A DNA stretch of 64,000 nt from a bacterium (lineage in GTDB: Bacteria; Patescibacteriota; Minisyncoccia; Phycocordibacterales; UBA6899): contig JAJZQJ010000002.1 of NCBI GenBank assembly GCA_021851895.1, positions 5,046 to 69,045 on the forward strand. Direction: 5' to 3'. Of this stretch, positions 47,478 to 56,548 are shown piece by piece (positions within the stretch are counted from its first letter, which is position 1; the number at the start of each line of letters is the position of its first letter). Under the pieces are notes generated by a model that was not told the origin of the DNA, ran no database searches, and was given only the letters and a program-made list of their open reading frames with translations. The position numbers and the translations under genes are program-made.

Positions 47478-47873
47478 ATGAAAGGATATGTAACCAACAT
47501 CGAAGAGCTCACTCGAGAGAACGAGGATTTTCGTCGAGTACTCTATACGAGTCATAATGGACAGCTCGTCCTCATGACGCTGCCTCGTGGTGTGGAGATC
47601 GGCGAGGAGATCCATGATGAGTCGGATCAGTTCTTCCGCATCGAAGAGGGAGAGGGTAAGGTTATCATCAATGATACTCCTCACGACATAAGTGATGGAA
47701 GTGTTGTCATCGTGCCAAAGGGTGCGAAACATAATGTCATCAATACAGGAGTAGGACCACTTCGTCTCTATTCGCTCTATATGCCACCACATCATCGCGA
47801 TGGTGTCGTGCATCACAGCAAGGCTGCTGCGGAAGAAGACGAAGAGCATTTCGATGGGGTGATCTCAGAGTAA
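47478..47873 (+). CDS. cupin domain protein
   Basis: QLVLM, EIGEEIH..DQFF, VPKGAKHNVIN, Y.PPHH. Confidence 0.88.
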   Translation: MKGYVTNIEELTRENEDFRRVLYTSHNGQLVLMTLPRGVEIGEEIHDESDQFFRIEEGEGKVIINDTPHDISDGSVVIVPKGAKHNVINTGVGPLRLYSLYMPPHHRDGVVHHSKAAAEEDEEHFDGVISE

Positions 47874-47904
47874 TCGATGCGGCCACTGGCCGCATCAACT
47901 GTTT

Positions 47905-48429
47905 ATGCAAAGAAAAAAGCTCGTTCATGTGCACGATAAGATGCAGTCTTCGTATGTATATCATCTGACTGCGGGGGTGGGTAGGGGATTTGCAGAAGAT
48001 TTTCGACCCGATCTTACTCCAAGGGAGATGCTCGCTCTTGGCGTTTTTGGTGGCCGCTATATGCGTGACTGTAAAGACGAGTTCCCAAAAAGTTGGTTCG
48101 CTCGTGCGCGCTTCCATGAGGAGGGAGTTCCCGGCCATGACTCGAAGCTTAATTATTTCGGTATCGATGCAAGCCAGCCGCTTCGCGAATGGAGAAAGAA
48201 AGGTTGGATCGATGAAGCGCATGACCCACGTGGTTGGTTCCAGTGGTATTGTCGCTATTACATGGGGAGGCGTTTACCGGATATCGATGAACGACAAATA
48301 AAGCGTTGGAAAGCAATGCGACGTCATATCGCGCAAATCGCTCGTCATTGCACGCAGGGCGACCTCGCTTGCCACAAGAAACAGCGACAGGCATTGCTCC
48401 ATTGGGCGTACGATAGCCGAAAGTTCTAG
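47905..48429 (+). CDS. hypothetical protein (DPRGWFQWYCRY type)
   Basis: PDLTP.EML.LGVFGG.Y, DPRGWFQWYCRYYMGRR, RQALLHWA. Confidence 0.8.
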   Translation: MQRKKLVHVHDKMQSSYVYHLTAGVGRGFAEDFRPDLTPREMLALGVFGGRYMRDCKDEFPKSWFARARFHEEGVPGHDSKLNYFGIDASQPLREWRKKGWIDEAHDPRGWFQWYCRYYMGRRLPDIDERQIKRWKAMRRHIAQIARHCTQGDLACHKKQRQALLHWAYDSRKF

Positions 48430-48506
48430 TCGGACTCTTTACTGTACGTGAAAAATGTGCTATCGTGCATTTACGATAAACCCGCAAGGGCTTTTCTTTT
48501 TCTTAT

Positions 48507-49961
48507 ATGGCAACGAACGAAGTCGTTTTACGTTTTGATGAAGTCAATTTTGAATATGCCCACAATAAGCCCATTTTAAGTGAGGTTTCTTTTTCGGTGC
48601 GTAAGGGATCGAAGATAACGCTCATGGGGCAGAATGGTGGTGGAAAAAGTACGATCTTTGGTTTGATCACTGGACGTTTGAAACCCGAGGATGGCGATAT
48701 TCATATCGGTAGGGGGATGTCCGTTGCTATCGCACGTCAGGTCATACCACGTGACGAGCTCGAGCTCACCGTGCGTGAGTTCTTTGAGCGCTGCTTCGCA
48801 CAGAAGGTCTATGCCATCGACCCAAAGATCGATGCGGTGTTGGAGGTGGTCAATCTTCATGCACCTCTCGATCGAAAGATCAGTGCACTTTCTGGAGGAC
48901 AGCAAGCGCGCCTGCTGCTCGCTTCAGCGCTCATACAGGATCCAGATATCTTGCTTCTTGATGAGCCAACGAATAACCTCGATCACGCAGGTATCGAACA
49001 TCTCACACAGTTCCTGAAGGATTTCAAGAAGACATTGATCGTCATTTCGCATGATGCTGATTTTCTTAACGCGTTTTCTGACGGCGTTCTCTACCTTGAT
49101 ATCTATACGCGAAAGATAGAGCAGTATGTAGGAAACTATCACAATGTAGTTCGCGATATCGCAGCCCGTGTCGAGAAAGAGAACATGGCGAATGCGCGTC
49201 TTGCGAAGAAGATATCAGAGAACAAGGAGAAGGTGAATTTTTTTGCGCAGAAGGGTGGTAACATGCGTAAACTCGCAGCACGCATGCGCGAAGATATCGA
49301 GGAGATGGAAGATGAAAAGGTTGAGGTTCGAAAGGAGGACCGCACCATAAGGAAGTTCGTCATTCCTGCTCAAGAAGATCTTTCCGGTCCGCTGCTCACC
49401 ATCTCATCGTTTACGATGATGAAGCATCATAAAGTCGTGCAAAGGACGGCAAACATCATATTGAAGAAAGGGCAGCATCTTCAGCTCGTCGGGCCAAATG
49501 GAATCGGAAAGACGACATTACTCGAAACGATCGCAAGTGGACGATCCGAGGGTGCGCGTTTTGCAGACGGTGTGCGCATCGGATATTACCGACAAGACTT
49601 CTCTACACTCAGTCCTGATGAGACTGTCTATAAGGCTCTCGAGCGAGCGTTCGTTGGGAGGCCGATCGATGAGGAATTGCGACGCGTTGCAGGTGGTCTG
49701 TTGCTTTCAGGGGCCATCATGGAAACAAAGATCCGCTCATTGTCAGAGGGCCAGAAGGCACTCGTCTGTTTCGCACAGCTCATATTGCAGAAACCCGGAG
49801 TACTTATTGTTGATGAGCCGACGAACCACGTGAATTTTCGTCATATTCCAGTCATTGCCGCTGCGCTGAGTGAATATAAGGGTGCGCTCGTACTCGTATC
49901 ACATGTACGTTCATTCGTGGAACAAATCAGAATCGATGAGGTATTCGACCTCGATAAGTGA
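48507..49961 (+). CDS. ABC-F family ATPase
   Basis: Two ABC domains (GQNGGGKS, LSGGQ, LDEPTNNLD; GPNGIGKT, LSEGQ, DEPTNH); no TM. Confidence 0.92.
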   Translation: MATNEVVLRFDEVNFEYAHNKPILSEVSFSVRKGSKITLMGQNGGGKSTIFGLITGRLKPEDGDIHIGRGMSVAIARQVIPRDELELTVREFFERCFAQKVYAIDPKIDAVLEVVNLHAPLDRKISALSGGQQARLLLASALIQDPDILLLDEPTNNLDHAGIEHLTQFLKDFKKTLIVISHDADFLNAFSDGVLYLDIYTRKIEQYVGNYHNVVRDIAARVEKENMANARLAKKISENKEKVNFFAQKGGNMRKLAARMREDIEEMEDEKVEVRKEDRTIRKFVIPAQEDLSGPLLTISSFTMMKHHKVVQRTANIILKKGQHLQLVGPNGIGKTTLLETIASGRSEGARFADGVRIGYYRQDFSTLSPDETVYKALERAFVGRPIDEELRRVAGGLLLSGAIMETKIRSLSEGQKALVCFAQLILQKPGVLIVDEPTNHVNFRHIPVIAAALSEYKGALVLVSHVRSFVEQIRIDEVFDLDK

Positions 49962-50054
49962 AACCGCGCCGCTAAGGGGCGGTTTTCTCTTAGATTGCAT
50001 CCTCGGCGTGGTATCATTAGGATGTTCAGCATTTGCTGTATAGACGAATACAAC

Positions 50055-52697
50055 ATGAAAATCCATTATTTCGATGAAATCCGGTCATTTATATTCCGTA
50101 CGCATGTTGCAGGAGTGAAGCCGAAGGAGCATATTTTGACTACACTTACCGAGGCCGCAGAACGGTCTGCTGGGGTCATCATGAAAGAACTCGCTACAAG
50201 TGAGCGGGGGCTTACAAGCAAAGAGTTCCGATCGGCCTTTAAGGGGTTTGGCCCGAATATCATCGTTCGAGAAAAACGTAAGGCATGGCCGATACGACTT
50301 TTTAAGATCATGCTCAATCCGCTCGTGCTCCTACTCCTTGTGTTGGGTGGTGTCTCTTTTTTCACCTCAGACATTGCGACGGGTACGATCATCTTTGCGA
50401 TGGTTTTCATCAGCGTGTCCATTCGTTTCGTTCAGGAGAATCAAGCCTATAGCTCCGCGCAGGCGTTGCGCAAGATGGTGCATACGACATGCTCGGTGAT
50501 CAGAGATGGTGTACAGAAGGAGATCAATATCGATCACGTCGTTCCCGGAGATATTGTGCAGCTCAATGCGGGTGATATCGTCCCCGCTGACTCGAGGATC
50601 ATTTCTAGTAAGGACTTGTTCGTGAATCAGTCGCTCCTTACTGGTGAGGCACTTCCCGTTGAAAAACATGCGACATTGCCGGAAGGGTTCAAGGCAGAGA
50701 GTCCGCTTGAGTATCAGAATATCTGTCTTATGGGTTCAAATGTCGAGAGTGGCACCGCGCTCGTTGTTGTCATTTCGACTGGTAGTGCCACGTTCTTCGG
50801 TAGCCTCGCAAAGGACATCGTCGGCGAGAGAGAGATAACGAGTTTCGATAAGGGCATCAATAGATTCACTTGGCTCATGATGGGATTCATGGGGATCATG
50901 GTTCCCGTTGTATTCCTCATTAATGGTCTGGATAAACATGATTGGGGAGAGGCGTTCCTCTTTGCGGTCTCTGTGGCTGTCGGGTTGACCCCCGAGATGC
51001 TTCCTGCGCTTGTTACCGTCAATCTTAGTAAGGGGGCGATCGCCATGGCAAAAAAGAAGGTTATCGTAAAGCACTTAAGTTCCATCCAGAATTTTGGCGC
51101 GATGAATGTACTCTGCTCGGATAAAACAGGTACGCTGACGCGCAATGAGGTCGTCCTCATAAAGAATATCGATATCGACGGTAAGGCAAACGATGCGGTG
51201 TTGCGTTCGGCGTTTCTCAATAGCTTTTATCAGACGGGTTTCAAGAACCTGCTCGATGGAGCGGTCTTGAAGCATGGAAAGGATAAGGAAATCGAGCATC
51301 TTAAGGATGAATACAAGAAGGTCGACGAGCTACCGTTTGATTTCGTTCGCCGCAGAGTGTCGCTGATAGTGGAAAATGGTCAGCATCGTCAGTTCCTCTA
51401 TTGTAAGGGCGCATCTGAGGAGGTTGTTGGTCTCTGTAATAAATATGCCCTTGATGGTGAGATCAAAGATCTCGATCCCTCGAGTACCGCAAAGATCTGG
51501 GAGCTTGAACGTTCATTGAGTAGTGAGGGCTATCAGGTGCTTGCTGTTGCAGAACGCGAAATCGATACTCCGAAAGTGAGCTACACGAAGGAAGATGAGC
51601 ATGATCTCGTTTTGCTCGGCTTCATGGCGTTTCTCGATCCCGCAAAGGAATCCGCAACTGAAGCGATCGAGCAGCTGACGAAATACGGTGTATCTGTGAA
51701 AATTCTCACTGGAGATAATGAGCTCGTCACGAAGAAGATCTGTCATGATGTGGGGCTCGATGAGCATGCGGGTGTTTTGCTCGGCGGTGATATCGAAAAG
51801 ATGAATGATAACGAGCTCGATGCGGTAGTCATGCAGACGACGATCTTTGCAAAACTTTTACCAGACCATAAGCGTCGCGTCGTAAAATCTCTGCAGCGCA
51901 ATGACTGCGTCGTTGGTTTCATGGGGGATGGCATCAACGATGCACCGGCGCTCCGTACTGCGGATGTGGGAATCTCTGTCGATACTGCAGTCGACATCTC
52001 TAAGGAATCTGCAGATATCATCCTCTTGGAGATGAGCCTCTCGGTGCTCGGTGACGGTGTCGTCGAAGGTCGTAAGGTCTTCGGTAACATCATGAAATAC
52101 ATTAAAATGGGTGCGAGCTCGAATTTCGGAAACATGTTCAGTGTGCTCGGTGCAAGTATTCTACTCCCATTCTTGCCGATGACGCCCGTGCAGATCATCA
52201 CAAATAATCTCCTCTATGATTTCTCTCAGACGACGATTCCGACAGATAACGTCGATGATGAGTATGTGGAAAAACCAAGGAAGTGGCATATCAGCGATGT
52301 GGGGAGATATATGTTGTTCATCGGGCCGATCAGTTCGCTGTTCGATTATATGACCTTTGCGATCATGTGGTTCGTGTTCCACGCACAGTCTGCTCCGTCA
52401 CTCTTGCAGACAGGTTGGTTCGTTGAATCATTGGTTACGCAAACACTTATTGTGCATGTCATACGCAGTAGGAAGATCCCGTTCTTCCAGACATGGCCAA
52501 GTCGTCCTTTGTTCATATCGACACTTCTCGTCATTTTGAGTGGTATCGTACTGACATTCTCTCCGATCGCACCGCACCTCGGGATGCAGCGTTTGCCTAT
52601 GCTCTATTGGCCGATCTTGTTTGGTATGATGGTTTCGTATATGTTGCTTACACAGCTTGTAAAGACGTGGTACATTCGAAAATTCGGATACAATTAA
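50055..52697 (+). CDS. mgtA: magnesium-translocating P-type ATPase
   Basis: LTGEA, VGLTPEMLP, DKTGTLT, PFDFVRRR, TGDN, GDGINDAP, SSNFGNMFS, NLLYD. Confidence 0.95.
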   Translation: MKIHYFDEIRSFIFRTHVAGVKPKEHILTTLTEAAERSAGVIMKELATSERGLTSKEFRSAFKGFGPNIIVREKRKAWPIRLFKIMLNPLVLLLLVLGGVSFFTSDIATGTIIFAMVFISVSIRFVQENQAYSSAQALRKMVHTTCSVIRDGVQKEINIDHVVPGDIVQLNAGDIVPADSRIISSKDLFVNQSLLTGEALPVEKHATLPEGFKAESPLEYQNICLMGSNVESGTALVVVISTGSATFFGSLAKDIVGEREITSFDKGINRFTWLMMGFMGIMVPVVFLINGLDKHDWGEAFLFAVSVAVGLTPEMLPALVTVNLSKGAIAMAKKKVIVKHLSSIQNFGAMNVLCSDKTGTLTRNEVVLIKNIDIDGKANDAVLRSAFLNSFYQTGFKNLLDGAVLKHGKDKEIEHLKDEYKKVDELPFDFVRRRVSLIVENGQHRQFLYCKGASEEVVGLCNKYALDGEIKDLDPSSTAKIWELERSLSSEGYQVLAVAEREIDTPKVSYTKEDEHDLVLLGFMAFLDPAKESATEAIEQLTKYGVSVKILTGDNELVTKKICHDVGLDEHAGVLLGGDIEKMNDNELDAVVMQTTIFAKLLPDHKRRVVKSLQRNDCVVGFMGDGINDAPALRTADVGISVDTAVDISKESADIILLEMSLSVLGDGVVEGRKVFGNIMKYIKMGASSNFGNMFSVLGASILLPFLPMTPVQIITNNLLYDFSQTTIPTDNVDDEYVEKPRKWHISDVGRYMLFIGPISSLFDYMTFAIMWFVFHAQSAPSLLQTGWFVESLVTQTLIVHVIRSRKIPFFQTWPSRPLFISTLLVILSGIVLTFSPIAPHLGMQRLPMLYWPILFGMMVSYMLLTQLVKTWYIRKFGYN

Positions 52698-52716
52698 AAA
52701 ACCGCAATGCGGTTTT

Positions 52717-54843
52717 TTAATTTCTCGTATTCTCAAGGGGGAGGGCGACGCGCACAGTCGTTCCTTTTTCATTAAGGCTCGTGATCACCATTGTTCCGCC
52801 ATGTTGCTTTATGGTTCCTTGTGCAATCGCAAGTCCGAGACCGAGGCCTTGTTCGACGTCCTCTTCGTGATGTGCATTGAAGAGCGGCGTGCCAATACGG
52901 TCGATCATCGTGCCAGGGATACCAATACCGGTATCGCGCACGACGAAGATCGCTTGTTCATTATTTGCCGAGAGTGAGATGAATATTTCCTTCGGACCGT
53001 CTTCACTGAGATAGCGAAAAGCATTCTCAATGATCTGTGCAAGAGCATTATGAACGCTCATGCTGTTGCCGTTACAGCGTACATTTTCGGCAATATCATA
53101 ACGGAGGGAAACGCCATTCTTATTCGCGATATCCTGTGCGCCATCGATCAATCCATGCACAATTGCACTGAGCTCAAAAGTCCGACTTGGGGTAAATGGA
53201 GCACTCTTTGCTCTTGTGAATGTAAGCAATCCTTTGGCGATCTCCTCGATTCTGTTCGTTAATTGCAATGCGTCCTCGAAAATAACATGTGTTTCACTGT
53301 TGGTTTCGTGTGGCTGCTCGAGCGCTTCACGGAGAGACTCCGCAGCATTCATCACCTTAAGGGCAAGTCCATAGAGCACATCGCGCTCCTCTTCTTGCGT
53401 GTGTCGTATCGCAAGGGTTCTCCTCGCGACTTCTTCTTCGAGTGCCTTCGTAACCTCATTAGCATGATCGATGATCGATGCGCGTATCAGAAGAGGAGAC
53501 AGAATGCGTGCTGCCGTTGCGAGCATGAGTGCGTCACGCTTTGTGTATCCTCCTCCATCGGTCTTCTTTCCGAGCGCGAGGATACCGATGACGTGTTGAT
53601 GGTGGGTGATCGGCACGATGACTTGCGCATCAAGCGCTCGCGCGAGCGCGCTCACCGCCAAGCGATGCGGATCACTTTCGTTCGGCATCGTGATCGAGAG
53701 TCCATCGATGATATATGTTGCGGGTGGATTGACGGTACAGGTTCGTATGTCCGCTATCTTTGCGACATGCGCCGCAATATCTGGTGAGATCTTCTCTGCG
53801 AGTATGATCCTAGTGAATGATGAGCGGAGTGATTCTTCGAAGATGTTGCCGAGTATGGTTGTGATCTCGTCGACTGAGGTGGTATGGGCGAGCGCTTCTA
53901 CGAGCCCTCTGGTTGCACCGATCACTTCGACATTGCGCCTGTCTTTCTGGAGAAGTATGGATTCACCAAAGACTCGTATGGATGGCCCTAAGACGAAGAT
54001 GGTGATCGCGGTCGCCGTCGCAGCAATGATATGGTTGACGATCGACTCAGCGCTACCGAGCGCAAGGAGGAGTGATATGCTTGAGAATATGACGATCGTC
54101 GCAGCCGCGAGTGAAAGTCGTCCCGTGATGATGCCGAAGATGTTTCGTGAATCGACATAGTGCTCGCGCGAAGTGATCCAGACGATGATCGTAGCGAGCA
54201 TCATGGAGAATGCTGGTCCGACGCTATTCAAGTAGGGAAAATCGAGAAAATTAGGGAGAAAGACGTTCGTGATGAAACTACCGCCAAAGGTGATGAGTGA
54301 TGCCGTCGCTATCCAGTGTAGTCGCTGTCTTGTCTGGATGTTCTGCTCATGGACTTTTTTAAAATAGAGGATGGCCGTAGGTATGATGCCTGCGAGCAGT
54401 GCATAGAGTGAAAACCACGAGAGCGCTCCATTGCGAATGAGCGAGAGATAACCATGGCTATCTATCACAAGACCATTAATGAATAGCCTCGGAATGAGCG
54501 ATGCGATGCCAACGATGACTCCGGGGATGAGGAAGAAGAAGTAGTGCTTTTTGTAGTGCTCCTCTGGATAAACGAGCGCAAACCATGCAAAGCCAGTGAG
54601 GGCGACTATTGTAGAGAAGAATGCAAAGTGTGCAGCGGGGAGAAAAGCACTGAGGAGTAGAGTGAGGATACTGCCCGTCCAGCCGAAGAGTCCGATGAGC
54701 ATAAAAGCCAGTCCGTAATCTGATGGTCTATTTCGTGAATTACGATAGAGCGCGACAAGGCCCCAAATGTTCACTACGAGCGTTAGTAGGAGGATCGCCT
54801 TTTGTCCGGCGAGGAAGGTGGAGATTGTTTCAGAGGTAAGCAT
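52717..54843 (-). CDS. 7TM-GAF histidine kinase-like receptor without an H-box His
   Basis: HisKA_7TM-like N-terminus, GAF (IGILALGKKTDGGGY), intact N/G1/G2 boxes (IIENAFRY, DTGIGI, GLGLGL); H-box position reads GLALKVMNAA. Confidence 0.8.
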   Translation of the reverse strand: MLTSETISTFLAGQKAILLLTLVVNIWGLVALYRNSRNRPSDYGLAFMLIGLFGWTGSILTLLLSAFLPAAHFAFFSTIVALTGFAWFALVYPEEHYKKHYFFFLIPGVIVGIASLIPRLFINGLVIDSHGYLSLIRNGALSWFSLYALLAGIIPTAILYFKKVHEQNIQTRQRLHWIATASLITFGGSFITNVFLPNFLDFPYLNSVGPAFSMMLATIIVWITSREHYVDSRNIFGIITGRLSLAAATIVIFSSISLLLALGSAESIVNHIIAATATAITIFVLGPSIRVFGESILLQKDRRNVEVIGATRGLVEALAHTTSVDEITTILGNIFEESLRSSFTRIILAEKISPDIAAHVAKIADIRTCTVNPPATYIIDGLSITMPNESDPHRLAVSALARALDAQVIVPITHHQHVIGILALGKKTDGGGYTKRDALMLATAARILSPLLIRASIIDHANEVTKALEEEVARRTLAIRHTQEEERDVLYGLALKVMNAAESLREALEQPHETNSETHVIFEDALQLTNRIEEIAKGLLTFTRAKSAPFTPSRTFELSAIVHGLIDGAQDIANKNGVSLRYDIAENVRCNGNSMSVHNALAQIIENAFRYLSEDGPKEIFISLSANNEQAIFVVRDTGIGIPGTMIDRIGTPLFNAHHEEDVEQGLGLGLAIAQGTIKQHGGTMVITSLNEKGTTVRVALPLENTRN

Positions 54844-54966
54844 GACTTTTCCTTACTTACTATAATGTCATATTAATGCTTATGGTCAATACCAATACCC
54901 ACCGAAATGTAAGCAGTTCATGAAGATGATAAATAAAAACCCGTCGTCTTGCGACGGGTATGACAT

Positions 54967-55617
54967 TTAAGAGCCGATAAGTGCGCAACAGGCCTCAATG
55001 GATTCATGGAGGCTGATGCCGAGGGTCAGTAAAAGGCTCGTCATGATCTCGTCTTTCACTCGCTGTGCAGGAGCTGTTGGGACCGTGTACGCGTTCCGTC
55101 CGACGCTGAAATAGCGCTCAAGTTTCGCGCGGAATTCAGGTTCGATGTGCTCAGGTGTCACACGGCCGAAGTTGGTGAAGGGCACTCCGAAGAGTTTCGA
55201 GAAACGGGGGAGAAGTCGATCCCCGATAAAAACAAGATGCTCGATATCATGGAAGTTTGCTATAAGCGTTGCGGTAATAAGTATGACCGCGGCGAGTTGT
55301 CCTGTTTGTTTTGCAAGTATTGGCGGCGCCTCGATCGCGAGCGCACCAAGCTCTGCAATGCGCTCGCGCGTATCCTTTGGTTCGATGTTTTGGAGTATTG
55401 GATACTCGAAAAAGCGCTCAAAGAAGAGCGGCTGGTGGGTTGTTGCATTGAAGAGGCCGACGCAGGCTATGGGTTTGTCTTCAAGGAAGATCGCTGCGAA
55501 TGCGTCCGGATTCGCGGGGTTAATAACTTCGAGGCGCTTGGTGTAGACGCTGCTCGCGAAGGCGCGCACGTCGGGGAAGAGGGGGTCATCGGGAAAGACC
55601 GCGTGGAGGGTGAGCAT
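54967..55617 (-). CDS. 'thermostable hemolysin' family (GNAT/LuxI-FeeM-like fold) protein
   Basis: RAF...VY, IACVGL, PLFFERFFEYPI, RERIAELGALA resemble the family pattern LFLE.YL..PIE...R..IVE.GNLA; AAGGAG SD. Confidence 0.7.
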   Translation of the reverse strand: MLTLHAVFPDDPLFPDVRAFASSVYTKRLEVINPANPDAFAAIFLEDKPIACVGLFNATTHQPLFFERFFEYPILQNIEPKDTRERIAELGALAIEAPPILAKQTGQLAAVILITATLIANFHDIEHLVFIGDRLLPRFSKLFGVPFTNFGRVTPEHIEPEFRAKLERYFSVGRNAYTVPTAPAQRVKDEIMTSLLLTLGISLHESIEACCALIGS

Positions 55618-55831
55618 GATAGTCTCCTTTCTTGGTTGTTTTTGAAGAGCTTCTATACTGATTGTAACCTATGTATTACATGGATGTACCTTAAAAATAT
55701 GTTAGTTATGTGGATAACTTTTATGTATATGAAATAATTCATATAAATAAAGATATTTTTCATGCCTATGGGACAAGTGCGGTGCATTGCCTGTGGATTA
55801 CGTCGTGGTGTTTGTTGTGTATGATTGCGTT

Positions 55832-56548
55832 ATGAGTACGGCAAGACAGGCTAAAACGCGCCTTCGCGCGCATGTGAGTAGGGAGCGCGCCTTGGGCGCA
55901 AAAAGGTTCTTTAAGACTGCTAGAGGTGAATATGGATATGGGGATCGATTTATTGGCGTCACTGTCCCTGATATCCGCAGGGTCGCAAGAGAGTTCTCCG
56001 ACCTGCCGGAGCGTGAGGTGGAGGGGTTGCTTTCAAGTGGAATACACGAAGAACGTTCGCTCGCACTCATCATTCTTGTGAACCGATTTGAGCACGCCGA
56101 TGAAAAGACGAGAGGTGTTCTTTTTGCGCTTTATCTATCATTACGGTCCTATGTGAATAATTGGGATCTGGTGGATATCTCAGCTGCGCGTATCCTTGGT
56201 GAGCATGCCCGTCAAAATGTTGGCGCTTATAAATTACTTCAGGATTATGCCCGAAAAGGTACTCTTTGGGAAAGGCGTATGGCTGTTGTCGCTACACATG
56301 CATTCATAAAAAATGGAAGTAGTAAGGAAATATTTTCCATAGCGAGAATACTCATGCATGATTCAGAAGATCTCATACAGAAAGCAGTGGGTTGGATGCT
56401 TCGGGAGGTTGGAAAGAATATTTCTCTCACAGAGCTTGAATGTTTTCTTGATGAAAATGCGAGCGTGATGCCTCGCACGATGTTGCGCTATGCCTTAGAG
56501 CATATGAGCGCAGTGAAGAAGTCTGCGTACATGAAACATACGCGCTAG
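55832..56548 (+). CDS. DNA alkylation repair enzyme (AlkD family)
   Basis: FFKT..GEYG.GD.FIGV.VP, VNNWDLVD, LWERR, DLIQKAVGWMLREVGK, MPRTMLRYALE. Confidence 0.92.
   Translation: MSTARQAKTRLRAHVSRERALGAKRFFKTARGEYGYGDRFIGVTVPDIRRVAREFSDLPEREVEGLLSSGIHEERSLALIILVNRFEHADEKTRGVLFALYLSLRSYVNNWDLVDISAARILGEHARQNVGAYKLLQDYARKGTLWERRMAVVATHAFIKNGSSKEIFSIARILMHDSEDLIQKAVGWMLREVGKNISLTELECFLDENASVMPRTMLRYALEHMSAVKKSAYMKHTR

Noticed and set aside
49962-50054. Mg2+ (M-box) riboswitch or leader peptide before mgtA
   Set aside because: The leader is under 100 nt, mostly terminator plus promoter, with no recognisable motif
31950-52720. Intergenic hairpins as integron attC sites
   Set aside because: They are short, A/T-tailed and terminator-like, without the attC R/L box layout; no integron integrase seen
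55620-55830. Replication origin
   Set aside because: Only one perfect and one imperfect DnaA box, no dnaA/dnaN nearby, and skew cannot be computed here
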